A stretch of DNA of 64,000 nucleotides from Octopus bimaculoides (Eukaryota): assembly GCF_001194135.2 (NCBI RefSeq), contig NC_068988.1:45402319-45466318 (forward strand). Reading direction: 5' to 3'. Both the position numbers and the translations under genes were made by a program. Shown in pieces: positions 26,382 through 39,615 of the stretch (the first letter of the stretch is position 1; each line of letters starts with the position of its first letter). The notes below the pieces were generated by a model. That model saw only the letters and a list, made by a program, of their open reading frames with translations. It was not told where the DNA came from and ran no database searches.

Positions 26382-29300
26382 AGTGCATATGAATGTGTTC
26401 ATATGAACATGTGTATATAAATGTATACATTTGCGACTCTGTGCATGTATATCTTTTGTATGTATAGTGAGTGTATGCGTGACTTTGTGTGGATTTATAT
26501 CTGTGTGCATGTGCATATACACACATACATATATGCATATGTACAAATATACATATGCACATATATAGGCATATATATACATATATAGATACATATACAT
26601 AAATATGTAATTTGCATGTGTGTCTCCATATAGATATGTATGTGTATAAACATTTCAATATGTTGCTTTCATTTATGCCTTTGTATAATGTACTTTAATT
26701 ACAATCTCATGTGAATTACCTGCATTTTATATGTTCTTAAATTTATGATGAGTGTCTATTTAACATGTGTATCTCAGTCACGTGCATCCCTTCGTATAAG
26801 TACTAGAATGAAAATTGCTTCCGTGATGCAATCCCAGGTCCAAATATTTTTACGAACAAGGTCGATTTTTTCAATCTAAATATAAGAATAAACACAGGTA
26901 TGATAATAACCATTATCATTATATCTGTACATCAATCAAAGCAGATAAATCCAATAATAGGAAAATAATGTTTCAAATCATTCCAAAATGGGTTTGTTTC
27001 TATGCTCATTCATTTTGGTGATGACGATCAAAGAATTTTCCATTTCTCCCAGCACTGCTTGTTCCTGAGCCTATAATACTTCACAATTTCACCTTTTGGC
27101 TACATGCAGTCAGGCCAACACCAAGATAACATTTGTTTTTGTGCAGATTAACTTTGTATTTAAACCAGTGTCGTGTCTCCATTTTCCCCCTCTAATTTAA
27201 TGTTTTTATTGTACATTTTCACTATTATATATTTCATTTTTACCCTTATTTTCTTTTTATACATACCAGAAACTGAGATTAGCTTTCCATGTTTCAAAAA
27301 TTTACTTGTTTATATGAACTGTTAAGCAAATGACAGTTATTCATCAAACTATTACTCAGTTAATGCAACTATCAGCATTATTCAAATTGATATTACAATT
27401 GTGATTTTCATTACTATTATTATTAATCTGATCATTATTATCAGTCCGTTTCACCTAAAGAAATTCCACCACAACAAATATTAATTAATTCTTTTATTAG
27501 CCACAAGGGCTCACATACATTAGCATTAAATGTCATGGTACAGACGTGGCAAAGACAACACAAAACGAGACAAAGCGTTTTACAGCATGTAAACAATATA
27601 TAACAATAAAAAAATTAAACACATTAAAACTCCCAATAGGGGAGGCACTTTAAAGTCCTCATGAAAAGACCTGCAAAAGCCACAGGTGCTTGATCAACAG
27701 GGCAAGAACCTTCTCTTTTTATTTCTCACAGGTGTATGCTCAGAATTGGTCCTTTCAAACTGGCCATTCTTCCAATATTCATCACAACAAATAATAATGA
27801 CTACATAATCATTATTTCATTCACTGTATTTTCCTATGTAATATCAAAACAACTGGAGATAAAATGACTTTTTGAAATATGAATGAGATAGAGCGTAGGG
27901 TTTCTATCCTCCCTAATATTTTCCTCTCTAATCCAGCAAAATCTTATGTTTTTGCCACTTTAAAGCATAATGCAATATTACACCTATTATAATTGAATTG
28001 GAATAATGCTGTAGTGGAGTTTAATGATAGATTAAGGAATTGAGCTCTAGAATTCTGAAGATATATCAGTTATATATTACATGCATGTGTGTGCTTACAT
28101 GGGGAAACATGGCTTAGTGTTTAGGGCGTTTTAGTTATGATAGTAAGGTTGTGGGTATGATTCCTTGGCTCTGCATTGCTCTGTGTTTCTAGCAAAGACA
28201 CCGTTTTTATGTTGCTCCACTCCTCTCAACTGGCAAGAATGGATGATACTGTGATGGACCTGGCTCCTAATCATGTAGATGGGTTTGGATGATATATACT
28301 CCAGAGAATTTGGAAACTTGCCTTATGAGCCAGTAACTCAGGAAGGAACTTTGATCCGTTGGATACATACACACATACACACACACCCACACATACACAC
28401 ACACAGATATATACACATACACACACACATGCACACACACACAGACACACACATATATATGTACACATGCACACAAGCACACACACACACATATATGTAT
28501 CATATATGGTTAATATTTAACTTTTAATAATACATGACCATTTGACTTTATGGTAAGTATGCATACAATATTATTTTTTCTGTACTAATTACAAAGCTTA
28601 AAACTTTCATCTTTTCCATACATTTGTCATTTCTTCCTTCCAGCCCTTACAATTGAACTATATACGATTTCTCTCCTTGGTATAATGTGTCCCCTATTTC
28701 AATTCATTAACAAGCAAATTTAAGGGTCTTTGACGTTATTGAGGTATTTCAAAACAATTTTGATCGCACTCTATATGAATTGTGGAAACTGCCAAAATCC
28801 TTAGTAAATTAGCAGATGATGTGTTAATTTTTGTTATTTTGCATTTGTTCCATTTGACATGTGATTACATTCGCTGCTGTCATTTCCNNNNNNNNNNNNN
28901 NNNNNNNNNNNNNNNNNNNNNNNNNNNNNNNNNNNNNNNNNNNNNNNNNNNNNNNNNNNNNNNNNNNNNNNNNNNNNNNNNNNNNNNNNNNNNNNNNNNN
29001 NNNNNNNNNNNNNNNNNNNNNNNNNNNNNNNNNNNNNNNNNNNNNNNNNNNNNNNNNNNNNNNNNNNNNNNNNNNNNNNNNNNNNNNNNNNNNNNNNNNN
29101 NNNNNNNNNNNNNNNNNNNNNNNNNNNNNNNNNNNNNNNNNNNNNNNNNNNNNNNNNNNNNNNNNNNNATATATATATATATATATATATATAAGTATAT
29201 GCATATATGCATATAAATATATCTGCATATATGAATATATCTATTTATATATGAGTGTTTGTGTATCTATAAATAAATATATATTTATATATATACACAC

Positions 29301-29439
29301 ATACATAAACTTATATGTGTTGCGGGTATAACGAAGCAAGTGTATGCTCGTTACTGTGCTTATAAGTAGCATATGAATTTTAAAAAAATCTAAGTAGGTT
29401 ATTATTGATGAGGGAACAGACATGATTACAAAAACACAG

Positions 29440-30266
29440 CAGAGCTAATGTGGGCAAGACCTGCATCTATATATATATATATACACACGTATATATGTGA
29501 ATATATATGTATATACATGTATATATATCTACACACACATACATATATGCATACATATATATACATATATACATACACACATATACACACATATATATAC
29601 ATATATATATATGTACAAAGAAGGAAAAAGGGAGGTATGGAGTACCTAAATGTGTTCGTAAAGACATTAAGATGGTATATAAATATAAGTGTATAATTTT
29701 TAATACACATTATGCATATACACAGGGCCATATATATGTACATATACACATATCTATTTCTAAATGAGTGTACATATATATACATGTTTTACATGTGGGT
29801 ATGTGTTTATATAAGAGTTCATATATAAGTACACACAGTTGCATTTATATATAGATGCACAAAGACATATATATGCAGATATATGTATATATGCACATGT
29901 ATATACGTATGTATATATATATTATCAATATATGTATATTATATTTATATGAATGTTCATGTGTATGTATACACAATTTGTGTGCACACAGAAATCTTGT
30001 TTGTGTTCACATATAGATTTATACACACACACACTTGTGCACAAACACACATGCACACACACACATAAACACACATATACATACATATACATATGCATAT
30101 GCATAAGTGTATATGTATATATACCTTTATGTCCGTGTATGCGTAATTATATAGAGGTTTGTATATATACATGAATGTATGGATTTATAAATATATGTAC
30201 ATACGCAGACATGCAAGATGTACATCTGTATGCATACACACACACAGACATATACACATACATATC

Positions 30267-30297
<31 letters not shown>

Positions 30298-30359
30298 ATA
30301 CATATGTATACGTACACACAGATATGCGTATGTGGTTTTGTGTGTGTATGGACATATAA

Positions 30360-30433
<74 letters not shown>

Positions 30434-31150
30434 TATATGTATATATATATATGTATGTATATATATACATGAGAATGTGTGTATATGTGTGTGTATATAC
30501 ATATATATATATACACGCGTATATACAATCTTATAATCACATATATCTGTATTCTTCTGTACATATGCACACACACACACACATATTTGTGTGTAATTAG
30601 AAAGATAGAGAAACAGACAGCAAGTGAAATACACACGTACATACATGGTGACGGACACATGCAAAAATAAACGAATATTAACACACTCTAACACAATTGC
30701 ACGCACACACACTCACACAAACATACACACACACACACACACATACACACATACACACATACAGATGTGGATACATACCTGTCAATTAATTGGTCAGTGA
30801 TTCCTCTCCTGAGTGATCTAAGGTCTCTCTAATGGCAGGATATTTCAGTCTTTATTGCTGCTGCCGAGTCGTGCCGCTGTATGTAGATCACCGCAAATAT
30901 GTCATGCATGAACTGCTATATTTTTATATTGCATCAGATGAAAGAAATCTGTAGCTAAAAGACTTTTCGTCTTCTGATCATTCTTTGGCTTGACTCACAC
31001 AGTCAACGTAGGGACAGATGCACACTCTCTCCAACATACATACATATATACACACACATACAGACATACATACATACATACATACATATATGTTCATGTA
31101 CATATATACGAATATGTAGAAACATGCACACACACACATAAATAATACAT

Positions 31151-31193
<43 letters not shown>

Positions 31194-31560
31194 TAGAAAT
31201 ACACACAGTGAGACATATATAGGTATATGTGTGTGTATATATAAACTGATGTTTGTATATGCAAGTGTATATAAATCGACATATATGCATATGTATATTA
31301 GTGGTGTGTGTTTCTATTTATGAACACTTATATGCATGTATATATATATGTATGTGTGAGCGTGAGCATGTGTGTGTGTATGCACACGTATATATATGTG
31401 TATGCGTGTGTTCTTATTTCTCACAAACACGTGTACACATAGAAAATACTGTATGTCTCTGTATATATGAGTGTATATAATTATACATAGTTTATTCATT
31501 ATTAAGTGTGTCAGGGTAGTTTGTACACATACATATAACTGCATGAAATTGTGTATATGA
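29440..31560. repeat. Extended degenerate TA/CA/TG dinucleotide field
   Basis: Direct reading; source of many [12 protein letters not shown] ORFs. Confidence 0.9.
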
Positions 31561-31589
31561 CTGCAAATTCATTACATTAATATATATAT

Positions 31590-31780
31590 GGTGGTTGTCT
31601 ACTCCTTAAACAGAGTTTGACCACCTCCTGCACCTACACCTTAGCCCTTTCATGGTGTCTGATGTGGCTTTTTAAACCAGACAGTGTTTTGAAAAAACAC
31701 CCACACAGATTGCACCTCTGATTATATATATGCCTTAGATAAGTTAGATTTGTTTTAATCAAAGACTGGTCCAGGCCATG
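31590..31780 (-). mobile_element. RTE-type LINE 3' end with a C-terminal C2H2 zinc finger
   Basis: Minus translation RCNLCGCFFKTLSGLKSHIRHHERAKV* followed by a short 3' UTR. Confidence 0.55.
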
Positions 31781-31811
31781 TCTAACTTAATAGCACCAAT
31801 ATATATAATTC

Positions 31812-31846
<35 letters not shown>

Positions 31847-32046
31847 CAAAAGGATGTGTTATACTATTCCACAAGGTACAAAACAGCCATACCAACAATC
31901 CAACATACCTCCATCTTCAGCTGCCCATGGATATCATTATGGTTTCGACACCTGGGCAGTACCATTTAATCTACCAATGTCAACAGCACTAAAATGAGTG
32001 TTGTTTGGTAACAAACATACCAAAGAAACTACAACTTTCAAACACG

Positions 32047-32077
<31 letters not shown>

Positions 32078-32795
32078 TTACCTTACTCATAGGGTATTGG
32101 AATCTTATATGTATACCGTTCTGCCTAAAAAATGGGCTTACAAATACAATATCCCTGCATATCTCACATCTATTTCCATTCCTCCAATTCACTCTTTATT
32201 TCGTATCTTATCTAAATTTACTATTGCTTAACCATCTTATCACACCGTCTCCAATGAAGGGATATAATAAATATCCTGGAAACAGCTGTAAGACCTTCTA
32301 TTTATAAATGTTCTAAAATCTACACAGCCTTGGTTTTTTTATCTCATTACAAAAAGTAAATCTTTATATATATATATAATGTATATGTATATATATGGAT
32401 GCATATATGGATATGTAAAAACATATATATATATACATGTATAACATAGATATATAGGTATGTCTCTCTATATATATACACCCTCACACACACACATATA
32501 TACATGTGTGACGTTTGTGTGTTTGTGCAATCCATTGGAGTAATGCCTGATGCTTTTGTTACATTAGAATTCATACAACAGTGTTAACAATTAAAACTGT
32601 AAAGGGAACAGAAATCTGCATATGCATTTTCAGTATGAAAGTTCCAAATAGATAAAGGGAATATATTTCTGTGTATGATACCAGATCTGTAAACAATACA
32701 CCAGCAGCATGTCAGCCATTGTAATTCCTTATTCTCTCCCAATTACTGCTTTCTCCTCAAGATTAAAAGTAGGCAATTCCAAAAAAACCTCTTAC

Positions 32796-32918
32796 CATCC
32801 AATGACAATTAGTCTTGCTTCGAAAAGCTGTGGCTGCCACACCACTTAATATATAAGCTTTTGAATGATCAAAACTGCCTCTTCCTGCTGCTTCTCCAAA
32901 ACATTTGATAATGGAAAT
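32796..32918 (-). CDS. Candidate 123-bp phase-0/0 internal exon
   Basis: Acceptor TTTGACTCAG|, donor ATG|GTAAGA, open frame ISIIKCFGEAAGRGSFDHSKAYILSGVAATAFRSKTNCHWM. Confidence 0.35.
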
Positions 32919-33523
32919 CTGAGTCAAACTGCTCATACGAAAACAAATGTATTCGAGTGTTGTTGTTCTTGTTTTTATTGTCGATATAATTCTCATTCTT
33001 ACAGGAAGTTTCAAATTGTGTTTTAAACGAATTTCTTAGAAACCTCTGTAAAGATTTTTACATGTGAAAAAGGCTCTGAAAGATTATTTAATTTTAAAAG
33101 TCTGTCATTGATTTTGGCCTTCATCCACCCTTCGGGATTCCTTATCTAAACTTGAACTTGTATATAAATGCCTATATGTGTGTATGAGTGAAGATGCATG
33201 GCTCAGTGGTTACAGCATCGAGCTTACGATCGTGAGATTGTGAGTTTGATTCCTGGACTGGGTTGCGTGTTGTTTTCTTGAGCAAGACACTTTATTTCAA
33301 ATTGCCCCAGTTCACTCATCTGTAGAAATGAGTTGTGACATCACTGGTGCCAAGCCTTATCGGCCTTTGCCTTACCCTTACATAACATCAGTGGTGTGGA
33401 GAGGGGAAGCTGGTATGCATGGGCGACTGCTGGCCTTCCATGAAAACAACCTTGCCTGGACTTGTGCCTTGGAGGGTAACTTTCTAGCTATAATCCCATG
33501 GTCAGTATCTCTGTAGCAGACCT

Positions 33524-33772
33524 CATAAATTTAACGCAAAATTTCACGTTGGTACATTGTTCCTGTCCATGAGATTATCACAGACTACAGCATACACAAG
33601 ATGACAAAAACACAAATTTCACAACTTGCAAAGTAAACACAGCAATGTCACTCAGTACACAACCTCATAAAGGTCACGACTAGCTCTCACTCTGCATACA
33701 ACCATATGCTGTCATCTGTTGGCACTCTACAGAACTAGTCCCAGAACTTCTTGATACCACCTCAACATACAT
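33524..33772 (-). mobile_element. 5' fragment of the same mariner family as 6399-7312
   Basis: Reverse complement aligns by eye with 6400-6640, including the TIR and the start of the transposase. Confidence 0.75.
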
Positions 33773-33796
33773 ACATTCATACCTGTGTGTGCATGA

Positions 33797-33875
<79 letters not shown>

Positions 33876-34257
33876 TGCATATATATGCATAGATATATGC
33901 ATGTATAATTATGTATATATTAGGTATGTATGTATAAACATCAGTGCTTTTTCCTTTTTTTACTATTACCCATAGGGTTATTTGCAAGCTTTTCCCAATT
34001 TTCAAGAAAAGGTGGACCATAATCCATCTTGTAAATAATACACACAGGAAGCTGCTGCTTCTAAGGTGTGACAATGTAGTTGCACAAATTTTTTTTTATA
34101 TTAATGATACTCATTGTGAATGTAAGATTAGCCATCTAAATACTATATAAATTCCCTGTTTTTTACTATAAATATATAAACGCATTGTATATACGCTATC
34201 ATCATCATCATCATCATTATATATGTATATGTATATATATATATAGCCACTAAACCT

Positions 34258-34441
34258 TTTCTCTTTTCTCTCCCTGTTTATATCTGTGTTCCTTTCTGAT
34301 AAAAAGCATAGGCTCGAAGCATAAAAGACTTTCTCACTTCCTGAGCATTAAACTAATACATCTGTTTGTTGTTTACATACCTGTCTTCGTCTTTTGTTTT
34401 TGTGTAAATTCTCACTATATATATGTGTGTGTGTATATATT

Positions 34442-34498
<57 letters not shown>

Positions 34499-34985
34499 AT
34501 GGAGGAATCCAGTGAAATCTATATGTATATCCAATAGTAATCCAGGTGGAATACAGGTGTGTAGATGAAGAAAAGTGCAGAAACTCCAGGTAGAAGTCCA
34601 AAGTGTGAGATAAAACTGGTGCAACCACGTGAGCATGCAATATCTGGGTGAAATTTACAGAAGACAAAAGATGAAGACAGGTGTATAAACAACAAACAAG
34701 TGTATCAGCTCAGGAAGGTGAGGAAGTCTTTTACATTTCAAGCCTATGCTCTTCAACAGAAAGGAACATGAGGAAATAAACAGCTGCTATGATTGACCGC
34801 TAGCTCCAATAGCTTATTTTTATTCTCTCTGTTCATTTTCTCGTGTTCCTCTGTGTTGAAGAGCATAGGCTCAAAATGTAAGAGACTTACTCACCTATCC
34901 AAGAATTAAACTAATACACCTGTTTGTTGTTTATACACCTGTATTCGTCTTTTGTTTTTCTGTAAATTTCAACTATATATATATN
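34258..34985. mobile_element. Three Penelope-type terminal-repeat copies (+, -, +) each with a minimal hammerhead-ribozyme-like motif
   Basis: Copies about 34258-34420 (+), 34648-34783 (-), 34820-34985 (+); shared motif CTTT-CTG(A/T)TGA-A-GAGC-atag-GCTC-GAAA-(C)GTA-AAAG. Confidence 0.65.
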
Positions 34986-35821
34986 NNNNNNNNNNNNNNN
35001 NNNNNNNNNNNNNNNNNNNNNNNNNNNNNNNNNNNNNNNNNNNNNNNNNNNNNNNNNNNNNNNNNNNNNNNNNNNNNNNNNNNNNNNNNNNNNNNNNNNN
35101 NNNNNNNNNNNNNNNNNNNNNNNNNNNNNNNNNNNNNNNNNNNNNNNNNNNNNNNNNNNNNNNNNNNNNNNNNNNNNNNNNNNNNNNNNNNNNNNNNNNN
35201 NNNNNNNNNNNNNNNNNNNNNNNNNNNNNNNNNNNNNNNNNNNNNNNNNNNNNNNNNNNNNNNNNNNNNNNNNNNNNNNNNNNNNNNNNNNNNNNNNNNN
35301 NNNNNNNNNNNNNNNNNNNNNNNNNNNNNNNNNNNNNNNNNNNNNNATATATAATGTATATATATATATATGTATATATAAATATTCTATACATGTAAAT
35401 AGATATAGATAAATAAATAAATGTTTTATATATATGCTTTATATACATATTATACATGTTTTACTATATGTATGTATTTGTAGCAAAGCAAAAAGGAATG
35501 TTTATCTAATATTTAACAGCATAATCCAATTTGTGTTTCATTAACCACAAATAGCTAACTGTGATATAAAAAAAATCTTATCTGATTGCCTTGCCAAATC
35601 TTCAGAAATTGCATAACTTTCATGATAATCTTTAGAGTATTTATTGAAAAGATGACAGTGTTGTAATGACTACTACAATTTTGGAATTGTCTATCGTAGT
35701 TAAGTTGGTGTCAGCTTATTGATATCAACCATTATAGCAACATCTTCCTGTGCGCACTATTTACTAAATGCTTTATGCGCCACTTAGTGTTGAAAACTTT
35801 GGAAATCTTGCTAATACTGTT

Positions 35822-37640
35822 ATGGCTAATAGCGAAAGGAATATCAGAAAGCACTAATGTTTATCAATGCCACAGAATGTCAGGTTGTCAATAATGACAA
35901 AATAGTGCAAGCGAAAAACGTCTGACTGAGAAGTTTGATGGTCGGAAACATCTGACTAAGAGGTTTAATTGTAGACTTAAAACAGCATGTGACCTAACGA
36001 ATCACAATGAAGAGAAGTTATTAGAAACTAGACGAATATAGCATAAAAAATGAAGATTGTAATCATGGGTTGATGAAGTGCAATCATCAGTGGCTAAGTA
36101 TACAGAAGGCACTCAACAGATTAATGATCAAGAAACAAGCAAACATCTATAATAGCAAAATGAATATTAGAAATAGCTATGAATATACACAGGATTATTT
36201 ACAAAGGCTTAAGAACTGGGTTGGTTTAAATTATTTCAAAATTTTTGGTAATAACACATCAGTTGATTATAAAGCAACCCCTGAATTTCATGGATGAGTC
36301 TGCAAAGATGCAAAGATCACAGCTGATAAAACTTTAACAGCAGAATATGCATAGAATGTTAATGAAACATTATTATTGTGGCTTTAATACCTTGGGGAAA
36401 GATTCACTGCATGAAATATTGACTTCAGGAGTTAAAAATATTAAAGACAAATTAACTGTGCCAGCATATGCTAATACAGCAAAAATCCATAAATATAGAC
36501 TTGCTGTAGTAGGCAAACACCCACATTCTCCCTATTTTAAATCAAGGCATTATTATGGTAACAAAAATGGCGGTGAGCTGGCAGAATCATTACTGCACTG
36601 GGAAAAATGCTTAGTGGCATTTCTTCCAAATTTCCATTCTGAGTTTGAATGTCACTGATGCTGACTTTGCCTTTCATCCTTTCAGGATCAATAGAATGAG
36701 TACTAGTTGAACACTGGCATCGATGTAATCGGCTTAACCCTCCTCCAAGCTTGATGGCCTTGTGGCAAAATTTGATATCATTATTATGGTAACAAAAGTT
36801 ATGGATCATCAGGGGTATTCTTTCTGATTGTTTTCACAAACATTGTGTACCAGAGTCTCATGCTTATTTCAGGGAACAAAAGAGAGTGCTAAGAGCAAGA
36901 TTTTTTTTATTGTTGGACAACTGTTTTGCTGATAATCCAACTGAACTTACTATTAAACAGTATATTTCATTCCAAATGTAGTGTCATTAATTCAGGTATG
37001 TGAGTAAGGCTACTTAACATCATTGAAGACTAAATATAAAGACATTTTCTTGGCATGGTATGCTTGCAGTAATCAACAAAGATATGAGTGTTAAAGTCTT
37101 CCTACAGGTGTACGCTAGAAAATATGGTGCTCTAGCATGGCAACGACCCTTCAGCTGGAAGTAATAAAGAAATAGAACTGTAGTTGTAAATGCATGGGAT
37201 CAAATCACTTAAAAACGCTCTTGTGCATACTTGGCTCAATCTCTGAACTGAAAATATGTTCAATAAGGATGATGGACAAACTGACAATTTTGAAGGATTC
37301 TACGTTTCAAATGAACAAAAAGTATACAATCAGAATTTGTCAGAAAGCCAGTGTAAGTGGATATCAAAGAAGCTTTTAACATCAATAATAACCTTCATTC
37401 CATGACCAATGATGAAATAACTGAAATGGTTCTTAAAAAGTGTATCAGATGATGATTATGCTGTGGGGATCAAGATTGAAGTGTCAACACAATGAAAAAC
37501 ATATCCCCAGATAAAATGGTGAATTTATGTGACAAACTTGTTGAAGGACTAGAACTGCATATGTTCACCTGAGAACAAGTAATCATGACAGTATAAACAA
37601 ATCAAAGAGAGCCTACTTCAACAAAGATTTCATTAATATT
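35822..37640 (+). pseudogene. Decayed pogo/Tigger (Jerky-like) transposase, interrupted by a SINE at about 36566-36780
   Basis: Fragments KRLTEKF, QRLKNWVGLNYFKIFG, KNIKDKLTVPAYANTAKIHKYRLAVVGK, SDCFHKHCVP...LLLDNC, PNVVSLIQ and DKLVEGLE..EQVIMTV match the motif order of Tigger/JRK-type transposases; many stops and frameshifts; TIRs not identified. Confidence 0.75.
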
Positions 37641-38811
37641 CTAGATAACACTAACCTTCTCTACTAACAACATGTCTACTCTAACCATCCTTTTGCTGCT
37701 ATTCACACTTAAGTATTTACACCTTTCTTCTTTGCTGTGATTAGTCTGGCTGAGACTCATTTTATCTTATCTCTTGTACATTGCACACATTCATTTGTCT
37801 TCACTCTAACATCAGTATCATTTCTTCTGGTGTACATTTCAGCATACTAACTTTGATGTTAGTAGAATATCTTAAGTTTTGGATCTGAACAGGTCAACTG
37901 AGCACTAAAGTAGTTACTTGACATGTTCACTACAGCAGCCAAAATCTTATCCCAATATTCCTTGGACAGTTCAAACATCATGTGATAACACATGCAACTG
38001 TATTCCTGTATGAAATAAAGATTGGCAATGTGAACAACACTGAGAAAAGGATGACACACAACAAGTTATTTTAAGAGTAGTTAGAGTTTTATAAAAACCT
38101 TTGCATAGAATTTTGAAAACCAGTTTTACAAAGTCATTATAAAACCATATAATTTAATAATTATTTATGGGAGAAATTCAAAGATGAATGAAGCAGCAAA
38201 ACTTGCTTCAAATATTTCCAATATTCAAATTGTTTTATTTGAGTATTTTCACTTTTTTAATGCAGTCATTAATCAATTATCTTACAGTTGAATATTTAAT
38301 CTTTCTTACTTTCGGTAAGATATGTTGCTTTAGTTTCAGTATGTGATTTATTTATATTCAATATTTTTTAGCATATTTGACTTCTCGACATTTTGGTAGT
38401 CTTAATATTTTAAACACAATAAGTTGCTTTCTTTAGTTTCAATTGATTAAATTAGTCTCCAGAATAATATTCGAATGAAAGTTTTATTTATCTGTCTTCC
38501 ACATTAATGTTAATTTTCTCTTCGATATTGTTTTCTACTTTCATTCTATTTGGTTTTATTTCAGTGAGCCTAAAGTGTTTATTTCAATTCAGAATTATTG
38601 TCAAATTCCAGTTCATTCTTAAATCTAGCAGCAAATTTTGGCTGTTCTTCAAAAATTTCCTGATATAAGCATTAATATTTGAAGTTGCCTCTCTTGAATC
38701 ATACATGCTATTTCAGCTGAGATGTAATTCTTAAATTGTATTGATTCTTCTTCATCTAATAATTTTCTTTTGGCTTAGTTATTCAAAATTTGTTATTTGA
38801 ATTGATGTGTC

Positions 38812-39520
38812 ATTTGATTCCACTGATTTAAGTACGTCATTTGATTCTGCTGATCAAAGTATGGACATTCGATATTGCAGATCCATGCATGTCATCTAAT
38901 GCCATAGATCTATGCTTGTATTTTAATGCAATTGATCCACATATTTCATTTGATTCTGTTGGTCCTTACAAAGCATTGGATGATCTTGATCCATGCATAT
39001 CACTAAATTTCACTAATACAAGCATGGCATATGAATCTACTAATACACATATGCCATGAGATGGCACTGATTGTTTAGAATTATTTCTTACACTTGATGC
39101 TACAGCAATCCATCTTGCTTAATGCCTCTGGTCCATGAATATCATTTGATGCTGTTAATTCAGGCATATTATTTGATGTCAAATATCTATGCTTGCAGTT
39201 TGTGCTTGACGTTCCATATATATTACTTGGTACCATTGATGCATGCATATTATTTGATTTCACTAATCCATGCAAATCTTTTACTTCTCATGATCCTTGC
39301 AAATACTTTGGTACCTCTGATTGAAGTTTATCATCTGATTCTGCTGATTTATGTTTCTCATTAGATTTTGCAGATCTTATTTCACTGGATTTCATAGATT
39401 CATTCACAATACTGGATTTCATTGACTCAATTAATGATCTCTGCATTACACTGGATTGTCCTATTGCTAATGTTTCATTAAATTCTGTTGAATCACTTGA
39501 GTGAACCAGCTCAAATGTTG
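38812..39520 (-). repeat. Degenerate 27-bp tandem repeat (about 25 units) that translates as decayed nonapeptide repeats on the minus strand
   Basis: Plus-strand 27-mers in register: atttgattccactgatttaagtacgtc / attcgatattgcagatccatgcatgtc / atctaatgccatagatctatgcttgta / attggatgatcttgatccatgcatatc; ORFs 39288-39536 and 39081-39275 share one frame separated by a single TGA. Confidence 0.75.
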
Positions 39521-39615
39521 CATTTAGTTTTATCAATTTGTAACTGATGTGAGATGCATCTCAGGATAATGAATGCCTCTTATTCTCTGATTCTTCAGGC
39601 AGTATCATTTATTTT

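Noticed and set aside
27010-27100. Short minus-strand peptide PKGEIVKYYRLRNKQCWEKWKIL*
   Set aside because: Too short, weak acceptor and no recognisable homology.
27480-27790. Possible L1/Tx1-type LINE 3' end on the minus strand (similar impression at 3130-3600)
   Set aside because: No diagnostic motif could be read with confidence.
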